Origin: Planctomycetota bacterium
GTDB taxonomy: Bacteria > Planctomycetota > GCA-002687715 > DRQF01
Direction of reading: 5' to 3'
Assembly (NCBI GenBank): GCA_036479435.1
Contig: JAZGFI010000051.1
Coordinates: 1-10,148 of the forward strand
DNA length: 10,148 bases
A program made the position numbers and the translations under genes. The notes under the pieces were generated by a model that did not search any database, was not told the DNA's origin, and worked only from the letters and a program-made list of their open reading frames with translations. Below, one piece after another: positions 1-7,458 of the stretch (the stretch's first letter is position 1; the number at the start of each line of letters is the position of its first letter).

Positions 1-41
1 CCAGCCTACCAGGGTGTCCCCGCACTACGAACCCCTGCAAA

Positions 42-1037
42 CTACTGCGAGTCGAGGCCCCAAACGTAGAACGGCAGAGCTCCTTCGCCGTGTTCGACCG
101 ATCCGAAAAGTGATTCCAGCAGATCACAGCCCGGTGCATGCCGCTCGGCGAAAGTGCCGAAGGAGCGGCGGAGACTGGTTTCGTTGAGAACTTTCATCAT
201 GGCCAAGGGGGCCACTTCCGAGGTCCCGTAGGACGCCGCGAGCGCGGTGTAGCCGCGATCATGGGTCGGACCCACGACGAGCAGTTCCGCAAGACCCTGT
301 CGATCCATGTGAGAGGCCAACAAGGTCGGGACAAGCCGGTGCGCGCCTCCCCATTCGGCCACGGCTCCCTGAAAGTCGAGGCCCTTACCGACCGTGACCC
401 AAGCGTAAGTTTGGCCCTGACGGCGCGCGACCAAGGTGGTGGACTGGGGTATGCCGTAGAGCGTGGCCGCTTCTTCGGGGCTACGTTCCAGCGCAAGCGC
501 GTCGTGCTCGCGGATGGCGAGCATGGACGGCAGATCACTGGGTCGCATCTCCGCGATCTCGAAATCCGGCTCGAGTTTTCCTTCGAGTCGCTCGCGACTG
601 AGGACAAATCGGCGCTCACAACCGGCCCATCGGAAACCGAGTTTCTCGTAGAAAGCCGGTTGATCGGTCCACAGCATGGCGACTTGCGAGCCGCGTTGGC
701 GAGTGTTGACTAATAGCTGCCGGACGATGGCCGCGGCGTGTCCTTGGCGACGCGCGTCCTCGCGCGTCGCCACCGCACCGATGTTCGCGACCCTCAGGCG
801 ACGGCCGTCGACCCAATTGAAAACCGCGTCACGGCAGGCCGCGTGGGATAAAATTTCGTCGCCTACGGCAATGACGAGGCGATCGGTCCCCGCGTTGGGC
901 CCGACGAGAAGCGGAAAGTCATCCGCCGTCGACAAGGGTTCTCCGGGCCGCATAGCCGCGTCGATCATGTCCATCGCACCCGCGGACTCACGATCCTCAA
1001 GAGCGCGCAAGCGTGTGGTCTTTAGCTGAGTGAGCAT
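42..1037 (-). CDS. GNAT-family N-acetyltransferase, Eis-like architecture (N-terminal GNAT plus probable degenerate second GNAT domain)
   Basis: 331 aa ORF. Acetyl-CoA-binding motif A 'IGAVATREDARRQGHAAAIV' and motif B 'AFYEKLGF'. A second GNAT-like start 'FEIAEMRPSDLPSMLAI' follows. Starts 2 nt after the flgL stop. Confidence 0.85.
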   Translation of the reverse strand: MLTQLKTTRLRALEDRESAGAMDMIDAAMRPGEPLSTADDFPLLVGPNAGTDRLVIAVGDEILSHAACRDAVFNWVDGRRLRVANIGAVATREDARRQGHAAAIVRQLLVNTRQRGSQVAMLWTDQPAFYEKLGFRWAGCERRFVLSRERLEGKLEPDFEIAEMRPSDLPSMLAIREHDALALERSPEEAATLYGIPQSTTLVARRQGQTYAWVTVGKGLDFQGAVAEWGGAHRLVPTLLASHMDRQGLAELLVVGPTHDRGYTALAASYGTSEVAPLAMMKVLNETSLRRSFGTFAERHAPGCDLLESLFGSVEHGEGALPFYVWGLDSQ

Positions 1038-1039
1038 GA

Positions 1040-2485
1040 CTAGAGGAAATTCAACAAGCTCAGCTCACCGACTCGAGCTGTCAGGAGCAGCGCCGCTTGG
1101 TAAGAAGTTTCGCTCGCTCGGAGCTCCGATGTCGCTACGGCGAAATCCGTGTCTTCAACGTCCGACTTAAGACCGCTTAGGCGTACACTGAGTTCGTCCA
1201 GCCTCGATTCGGCGGATTCAAGTCGGTTCGAGAGCGTTCCCAAACGCCCAAGGGCTGATAGCACGCGGTCAGCACTCTGGTCAAACTGCTCGATGAGATC
1301 GTTGAGCCGTTTGTTGTCGTTGCTTACATCATCATTTTCGCCGGCTTCGAAGAGTGCGTCCCGAATCGCGATGAGGCTGGAGAAGACGTCAAAGGTTCCC
1401 TCGTAGCTCACGGTCTCGTGTCCCGCACGCCTGATGTTGCTGGTGTCGACATTCAACACCAGATCACGGCCTTGGTCTCGCAGTTGCTGATTAGACGAGA
1501 AGTCAATCGGGACTCGCGTTGCGCCGCCGTCGATGGAGGTCTCACCGGTCGCAGTCAGAGGAATGGTCCCCGAGAACCCTCCCACGACTCCGGTCGTATC
1601 GAGGTAAACGACTTCTCCGTCCGGACCTTCAAGCAACAAGTTGGTTTGGGGGTTCTGGAAGGGGATCTTTTCGCCGTCGTTCAGACTTATCGTCCCTGAC
1701 TGTCCACCAGGGTCGACTTGAATGCTGATTGAGTGCGATCCTAGCGGACCGATCACGGTGTCGAGGGCGGCAGAATCCGACCCGGTGGCCAGCCCACTAG
1801 CCCCACCCACAACCGTATCCACATGATAAACGTCGAGGCGATCGACACCGACGCCGTTGTCCGAGCCCAGCCCGGCGGCAGCACCGGTGAGGCCTTCGTA
1901 GCGCGTCGCCCCTCGCTGACCTGCCGCGAACACTTCACTCCCGGGGATGTTCAAAGCGCCGACGGTGTTGGGCCCGATCTGCGCATTGATGCGATCATGG
2001 TTGCCAAAGTAACGGACGATATCGCGACCACTGGAGTTGGTCTCGAGCCGGAAGGGTTGAGTATCGGATGCCGTCCCGGCGTAAAGGTAGCGGTTGCCAA
2101 CTCGGGTGTTTGCCAACCCGACGATGTCTTCAATGTGCCCAGTCAGCTCGTCGATAAGAGTCCCGCGAATTGAGTCATCAATGACGCCGTTCTTGGCCTT
2201 CAGAATCGCCTCACGAGCGCTGGACAAAATATCGTTGACGCTTTCCAGGGTGGTGGCCGAGGTGTCAACGAAACTCCTCCCCTGCACGGCGTTCGCGGAA
2301 AACTGACTTAGGTCCGAGAGGCGGCGGTTGTAAGAAAGCAAGCGCTCGGTACCCGCCGGATCGTCGGAAGGTCTATGGATGCGGACACCAGTGCCGATGT
2401 CCCGGTTTATCTCGAAGATCCTCGAAAGACCTTCTTGGACGTAACTTTGCGTCGAGGCGAAGTAGATGTTTTGGGTAATACGCAT
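1040..2485 (-). CDS. flgL: flagellar hook-associated protein 3 (hook-filament junction)
   Basis: 481 aa. Flagellin-like N-terminus 'MRITQN...IGTGVRIHRPSDDPAG', 'LANTRVGNRYLYAG', and C-terminal 'KSDVEDTDFA...YQAAL...LSLLNFL'. Lies directly after flgK with a TAATG overlap at 2485. Confidence 0.93.
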   Translation of the reverse strand: MRITQNIYFASTQSYVQEGLSRIFEINRDIGTGVRIHRPSDDPAGTERLLSYNRRLSDLSQFSANAVQGRSFVDTSATTLESVNDILSSAREAILKAKNGVIDDSIRGTLIDELTGHIEDIVGLANTRVGNRYLYAGTASDTQPFRLETNSSGRDIVRYFGNHDRINAQIGPNTVGALNIPGSEVFAAGQRGATRYEGLTGAAAGLGSDNGVGVDRLDVYHVDTVVGGASGLATGSDSAALDTVIGPLGSHSISIQVDPGGQSGTISLNDGEKIPFQNPQTNLLLEGPDGEVVYLDTTGVVGGFSGTIPLTATGETSIDGGATRVPIDFSSNQQLRDQGRDLVLNVDTSNIRRAGHETVSYEGTFDVFSSLIAIRDALFEAGENDDVSNDNKRLNDLIEQFDQSADRVLSALGRLGTLSNRLESAESRLDELSVRLSGLKSDVEDTDFAVATSELRASETSYQAALLLTARVGELSLLNFL

Positions 2486-4806
2486 TAGATTTGGAACAAA
2501 ATGTCGGTGACTTCATTGACCGCCTGAATGAATCGGGCGGCCGCCTGGTAAGCCTGTTGGAACTTTTCGAGTTCCAGCAGTTCCTCGTCGATCGAAACGC
2601 CGCGCACCTCTTCGAGACGGTTCTTCAGACCCTGAAGCACAAGTTGTTCGGTCTCGAGGCTGGCGCTCGCGCGCGCCGTGTCTTGCCCAACGCGGTTGAT
2701 GATGCCGTCGTATTTGCTTTCGATGCTCACATCGCCCAAGCTTTCGACGCTCTTTTCTCGAATCCCAATCATTCGAAGGACGTTTCGCGAGTCCGAGCTG
2801 GCGGTTCCCACGCCCTGTGAAAACAGCAAGGGATTGTCATCCAGATCTTGGTTCAAGGCGATGTCTTGCGCGTTGGTCCCCGTGAACAGCGAGTTGAGTC
2901 CAAAGGCGACCAAGATGTCGCTGCTGTTGGCTTCGGCGACCGCCTCCACATGGAAGAATCGTCCAGTTCCAGCTTCGATCTCGCCACTGCCGAAGGCAAC
3001 CTCGACACCGTTTCCGATGTCAATGGGATCACCGGGCACGTAGTCTTCGCCGACCTCCAAAGTAGAGACGAGGTTCTGATCCTGATCAAGAACCCTGATC
3101 TGAAGACCCGGAGTCAAACCGATGGTGCCGGATTGGACCGGCTCGAAAGTAAAGGTTTGGTTCTCGTCGCCCTCGAAGGCTCCGGTAACAGCAACGTCGA
3201 CGGGCAGATCAGTTCCGTTGGCAATCGCACTTGGGATTCCCAAGGTCGCCGCCGCAGTTCCGGACTGATCGGTCACTGCCAAGGTGCTGCCAGCGCCCGG
3301 CACGTCTGACGAAAGAACCACCCGACCATCAACAACCTGGGCCGTCGCGCCTGAACTCACCGCGTTGATCGCGTCCGCCAATTCTTGCGCGGTGGCCGCA
3401 CTGAGGTCGGCAATGCTGCTCGTTTGCAAGTTGACGGCAGTCGGGAGACCGCCATTGACGGAGATGTTGAGAATATCACCCGCCTGGAACGAGAAGGGCT
3501 CACTTTCATCTCCGCCAAGAACCGCTGATCCCGATCCGAAAACACCTGAGGCGTCGGGGTTGGGATCAAGGACGTTGCCAAAGTGAAAGACGCTTCCGGG
3601 GTTGGACTCGATCAACAAATGGTTGTTCGCATCAAGTCGTGCCTCAACGCCTTCGATGGCGGATATTTCGCCAAGCAAGGTGTTGAGTGATGTCTCGCCG
3701 GGATCAACGTCGATCAGGGTTTGGGTGACCGCCCTCGTCTGCTCGTCAATCACCGTGATGGCCAGTTGGCCGTCGAGGATCTCAAAGGGCAGGTCGAGTT
3801 CATCCAAAGGCCTCGTCCCCGGGGCCTGACCCGTACTCGTCTCTAAGGCGTAACTCGAGCGCAGACTCTCGAAGCCACCCGCCAAGGGCACGCCCGTGGA
3901 GTGAATACGATTGAACTCCGCAATTAGGTTGTGCGCCACCTCGTCGACGTCGTCTCGGCGCTCGCTCTCTTTGCCGCCGTCCGCACTATCCAAGAAACCG
4001 CGCAAGCGACCGGATCGAATGTCCAAGCGGTGGCTGCTTCCCTCAAGATGCAGAGTGGGCTTGCCCTTGACGTCGAAGCGAGCTTCGATCTCTTTGTAGT
4101 TCGTACTCGAGACGACTTCTTGACTGGCCAGTTTGACGCGAAGACGCCCCACTTGGTCTCGATCATGGTGCAAGTTTCCGTAGCTTCCGAGTTCTTGAAG
4201 AAGCAAGTCCTGGCGGTCTTTGAGATCGTGCCCAGAGCCGGGAATACCAACCGACTGCGTGAGCTGCTGGTTGATGCTCGAAATCTCGGCAATGATGCCA
4301 TTGACTTCTCGAGTCGCTCCGCGGATGCTCTGCGAGGACCCTGACCCCAAGCGATCCAAAGATCCCGAGAGCTCGCGAAAACGGTCGGCGAGGCTCCCGG
4401 CGTGGGCCAGCACCGCATTGCGATTGCTCGCCTCGTCCGGCGCGGCGCTCAAACTGCTCAATGAGCTGAAAAAGTCGTTGAATCGCGCCGACAAGCCGCT
4501 CGAACCCGGCTCGCCAAAAATGGACTCAATCTCGTTGAGTCCGCTCAGCGTCGAGCTTTGGTAGCCGACTGAACGCTCTTGATCAACGACCCGACGAAAC
4601 AGAATTCCGTCGCTCAGACGCTGCAGGGAACCGGCGCGAACTCCGCCGGCGAATCGACTGCTCGTGCCGAACTGAGATCCGATCGAAGACAAGTTGATTC
4701 GCTGCCTGGAGTACCCGGGCGTCGTTGCATTTGAGAGGTTGTGACCAATAGTGTTGATCGCGAGCTGCGCGGTTCGAAGCGCCGACGTTCCGATGTTGAG
4801 GCTCAT
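2485..4806 (-). CDS. flgK: flagellar hook-associated protein 1 (hook-filament junction)
   Basis: 773 aa. N-terminal 'SLNIGTSAL...GHNLSNATTPGYSRQR', 'DLKDRQDLLLQEL', and C-terminal 'GVSIDEELLELEKFQQAYQAAARFIQAVNE'. Confidence 0.95.
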   Translation of the reverse strand: MSLNIGTSALRTAQLAINTIGHNLSNATTPGYSRQRINLSSIGSQFGTSSRFAGGVRAGSLQRLSDGILFRRVVDQERSVGYQSSTLSGLNEIESIFGEPGSSGLSARFNDFFSSLSSLSAAPDEASNRNAVLAHAGSLADRFRELSGSLDRLGSGSSQSIRGATREVNGIIAEISSINQQLTQSVGIPGSGHDLKDRQDLLLQELGSYGNLHHDRDQVGRLRVKLASQEVVSSTNYKEIEARFDVKGKPTLHLEGSSHRLDIRSGRLRGFLDSADGGKESERRDDVDEVAHNLIAEFNRIHSTGVPLAGGFESLRSSYALETSTGQAPGTRPLDELDLPFEILDGQLAITVIDEQTRAVTQTLIDVDPGETSLNTLLGEISAIEGVEARLDANNHLLIESNPGSVFHFGNVLDPNPDASGVFGSGSAVLGGDESEPFSFQAGDILNISVNGGLPTAVNLQTSSIADLSAATAQELADAINAVSSGATAQVVDGRVVLSSDVPGAGSTLAVTDQSGTAAATLGIPSAIANGTDLPVDVAVTGAFEGDENQTFTFEPVQSGTIGLTPGLQIRVLDQDQNLVSTLEVGEDYVPGDPIDIGNGVEVAFGSGEIEAGTGRFFHVEAVAEANSSDILVAFGLNSLFTGTNAQDIALNQDLDDNPLLFSQGVGTASSDSRNVLRMIGIREKSVESLGDVSIESKYDGIINRVGQDTARASASLETEQLVLQGLKNRLEEVRGVSIDEELLELEKFQQAYQAAARFIQAVNEVTDILFQI

Positions 4807-5327
4807 TAGAGACTCCGATCCAAGATATTGGTATTCGAACGTTCCTGCGTCATACCGTTGGGTTGATAGACCACGGGAGCTTGTTCCAGGTCGAAGATCC
4901 CTCGCAACAAGTCCTGGTTGAAGGCCGCCATATGGCGGATGAGAAGGTTGACGCGGCCGTTGAGGCGACGGGTCCGCATCACCAGATCGCGCAACTGGGT
5001 CCGGGCGCGAACAACTTTTTGGCGCGATGCTTCTGGAGTGGCGGCAACGAAACGATCCATGTCGATCTGGCTTGGCGCCATGCCCAGTTTCGCACCCAGA
5101 TGACCAAGCACCTTGCGGCGCCGGATCGAGATCGCCTCCATGCGGCTTAGGAAGGGTTTGAGATTGGCAAGTTCTTCGCGAAGATCATCGGCATGTCCGC
5201 TGACAACCTGGTGCTCGACCTTTTCAAGGGAGTCATGCAGTCCCTCCTGGCTCGTCTTTTCCTCTACCAAGTAAGCCACTAGCAGTGCGACATCCGCCGC
5301 ATCGAGTTGATGGTGGTTGGAGTTCAT
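4806..5327 (-). CDS. flgN: flagellar export chaperone for FlgK/FlgL
   Basis: 173 aa predicted helical protein with an FlgN-like pattern ('LRDLVMRTRRLNGRVNLLI...VYQPNG...ILDRSL'). Immediately upstream of flgK (TAATG overlap) and has a GGGAGG RBS. Confidence 0.8.
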   Translation of the reverse strand: MNSNHHQLDAADVALLVAYLVEEKTSQEGLHDSLEKVEHQVVSGHADDLREELANLKPFLSRMEAISIRRRKVLGHLGAKLGMAPSQIDMDRFVAATPEASRQKVVRARTQLRDLVMRTRRLNGRVNLLIRHMAAFNQDLLRGIFDLEQAPVVYQPNGMTQERSNTNILDRSL

Positions 5328-5740
5328 TCTCTGCCCTCCCCTTCTTCCTTCAGTTTCAGCGTTTCAACGGGCACCGCATCCACGGCTCCCTTGCCACGGC
5401 CTGGCTCGCTTCTGTCGCCACCCCAGGCGGAGCGAACAACGAGTTCAGCAATCCCCAGGCCGCCGTTCTTGGCGAAGCCCTCACCGATCATCTGATCGAA
5501 GAAACCACCGTAGATCTCACCTTCGCTGCCCTCGCCAAAGAGTCCCTCTTCGCTGGCTGATTCGCGCATGGTTTTCACCATCATCGAAACGAAGAGACCC
5601 TCGAGTTTCTCTGCGACCTTGTTCAGCTGCTTCTCGTCCAATTCGTCGGAGCGATCGACGAGAGCTTGAAGGTCGCCGAGTCCGCGTTGAGCGAATTGGC
5701 CTTGAGCGGCGGCACCAACGCCTGCGATCGGATCAGTCAT
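5324..5740 (-). CDS. flgJ: short FlgJ: rod-binding (rod-cap) domain only, no muramidase domain
   Basis: 138 aa. Rod-binding motif 'LNKVAEKLEGLFVSMMVKTMRES...IYGGFFDQMIG...GGLGIAELV'. Lies directly after flgI (TGATG overlap at 5740). Confidence 0.85.
   Translation of the reverse strand: MTDPIAGVGAAAQGQFAQRGLGDLQALVDRSDELDEKQLNKVAEKLEGLFVSMMVKTMRESASEEGLFGEGSEGEIYGGFFDQMIGEGFAKNGGLGIAELVVRSAWGGDRSEPGRGKGAVDAVPVETLKLKEEGEGRE
5335..5340 (-). promoter_or_regulatory. Shine-Dalgarno site for flgN, inside the flgJ 3' end
   Basis: Minus strand reads AAGGGGAGGGCAGAGA-ATG, with GGGAGG 7 nt before the ATG at 5327. Confidence 0.7.
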
Positions 5741-6843
5741 CAGTTCACCACCAGTTCGGCGTGCAGCGCGCCCATTGATTTCATCTGTTGCAGGATCGAA
5801 ATCAACTGGCTAGGCGAGGCGCCGATCGCGTTGAGCGCCTCAGTCAGTCGCGCGATACTTTGGCCGCCCTCGACGACTTTCAAGGCCGTGCCCTGCTCTT
5901 GGATGTTGACTTCGGAACGGGGGACCGAACTGATCGCCGGGCCCTCGGTGAAGGGTGCCGCCACGACCGGCAGCGGCGTCTCTGAGATCGTGACGCTTAA
6001 CTTACCCTGGGCGATCGCAACCGTAGAAACCCGCACATTCGAGCCCACCAAGATCGTCCCCGTCTTTTCGTCGACGACAACCTTCGAAACCGCGTGCACC
6101 ACGACGCGAATGTCCTGGATCTTCGCCAGAAAGTTCGTCACGTCGCGACGCCGGCTTTCGTTGAGCCGAATCTCGACCGCGCCCGCGTCGACGGCCTTCG
6201 CCACCGCCGGAAAGAGCCGGTTGATGCCCTCTTGGATGTTGTGAGCGGTTTTCCAGTCTTGGTTTTTTAGTTGCAAGGTGATGTAGCCGCGGCGATCCGT
6301 GATTTTCATCGCGACGCCCTTTTCGACCATCGCCCCGCCAGGTATTTTCCCGACCGTGGGGTGGTTGATCGTCACCGACGAGCCCGAATCACCTTCGGCC
6401 GCAATGGCGCCGACAATCATGGGGCCTTCGGCGATGGCGTAAACCGTCTTGCCGTAGGGGCCCTTAAGATGAGTCGCCAACAAGGTGCCACCCCGAAGAC
6501 TCTTGGCGTCGTTCAGAGAAGAAATCGTGACATCAATTTTACTTCCTGGGCGCCGGAAGGGATCGAGCTTCGCGGTCACCATGACGACCGCGGCGTTTCC
6601 GGTTCCAATTTCCGCCGCGAGAGCGTTGATGTTTTCGCGCCGGAGCATGTTGCCGATCAAGCGCTGTGCGAGCGCAGATTTGTCACCGGTCTTGTTCAAG
6701 CCGATGACCAGTCCCATGCCGCGCAAACGGTTCTCACGAACCCCTTGCACATCGGTGATCTCAGCGATGCGCGACTGCGCGGCCAAGGCACCGGCGAGCA
6801 TCAACAGCAAAAGCGCAACAATGGCAATTCTGAAATACTTCAT
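5740..6843 (-). CDS. flgI: flagellar P-ring protein
   Basis: 367 aa. Signal peptide 'MKYFRIAIVALLLLMLAGALA'. Motifs 'GVRENRLRGMGLVIGLNKTGD', 'IDVTISSLNDAKSLRGGTLL', 'KVVVDEKTGTILVG' and 'LISILQQMKSMGALHAEL'. TAAGGA RBS overlaps the flgH stop. Confidence 0.96.
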   Translation of the reverse strand: MKYFRIAIVALLLLMLAGALAAQSRIAEITDVQGVRENRLRGMGLVIGLNKTGDKSALAQRLIGNMLRRENINALAAEIGTGNAAVVMVTAKLDPFRRPGSKIDVTISSLNDAKSLRGGTLLATHLKGPYGKTVYAIAEGPMIVGAIAAEGDSGSSVTINHPTVGKIPGGAMVEKGVAMKITDRRGYITLQLKNQDWKTAHNIQEGINRLFPAVAKAVDAGAVEIRLNESRRRDVTNFLAKIQDIRVVVHAVSKVVVDEKTGTILVGSNVRVSTVAIAQGKLSVTISETPLPVVAAPFTEGPAISSVPRSEVNIQEQGTALKVVEGGQSIARLTEALNAIGASPSQLISILQQMKSMGALHAELVVN

Positions 6844-6852
6844 GTCGCGTCC

Positions 6853-7446
6853 TTAGAAGGGCCAAACCGTGTCGAGCAGCCGCGAAAACCAGCCGCGATT
6901 GACGGAGCGCGAGAGCGGTCCGGTACCTTCGAAGGCCAGCGAAGCGTTCGCCACAAATTCGGAGCGAACCGTGTTATTGCGTGCGATATCGTAGGCCCGC
7001 ACCACGCCGGTCAAGCGAATGATCTTCTTGTCGCCGTCGACAATGATTGTTCGCGTGCCCTCGATCAGCAGGTTGCCGTTGGGCATGACGTCGATCACGA
7101 GAACCGACATCCGAGTTTGAAAACTCGAGTCCTTATCGACTTTCCCCGATCCCTCGAACTTCTTCTCTGCGTTGGCCGTAACCTGCGGCAGCGGTTCCAG
7201 GAAGTTCGGCAAAAGGTCGAAGTTCGTGAGCACGGCGTCAAGAGAGGAGCTCTTGTCGAAAGTTGTCTGCTCGTCGTTAGCGACCCTTTGAGTCTCGTTG
7301 ATGACCACCGTCAAGATGTCACCGACCAAACGCGCCGTCGTATCGCTGAAGATGGCGGGCGCCGGGCGATCGGGATTCCAAAGCGACTGCGCCTCGGCCG
7401 AAACTGATGCTGATAGCAGCAAGATAGTGATTGCGATGAACTTCAT
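6853..7446 (-). CDS. flgH: flagellar L-ring protein (start corrected from the ORF-track 7605 to the ATG at 7446; 197 aa)
   Basis: Motifs 'SLW...IFSDTTARLVGDILTVVINE', 'VIDVMPNGNLLIEG', 'IRLTGVVRAYDI..NNTV.S..VANA' and C-terminal 'GWFSRLLDTVWPF'. The ATG at 7446 has a GAGGA RBS and a hydrophobic signal peptide, and avoids a 149-nt overlap with flgA. Confidence 0.93.
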   Translation of the reverse strand: MKFIAITILLLSASVSAEAQSLWNPDRPAPAIFSDTTARLVGDILTVVINETQRVANDEQTTFDKSSSLDAVLTNFDLLPNFLEPLPQVTANAEKKFEGSGKVDKDSSFQTRMSVLVIDVMPNGNLLIEGTRTIIVDGDKKIIRLTGVVRAYDIARNNTVRSEFVANASLAFEGTGPLSRSVNRGWFSRLLDTVWPF

Positions 7447-7453
7447 GTGTCGA

Positions 7454-7458
7454 TCCTC
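7454..7458 (-). promoter_or_regulatory. Shine-Dalgarno site for flgH, overlapping the flgA stop
   Basis: Minus strand reads cTGAGGAtcgacacATG, with GAGGA 7 nt before the ATG at 7446. Confidence 0.7.

Noticed and set aside
10..37. Terminator after the GNAT gene (CAGGG/CCCTG inverted repeat)
   Set aside because: Only a 5-bp stem with a long loop and no U-tract, and it lies at the window edge.
6271..7407. 378 aa plus-strand ORF
   Set aside because: It is antisense to the well-conserved flgI and flgH and has no recognisable motifs. Long shadow ORFs are expected in GC-rich coding DNA.
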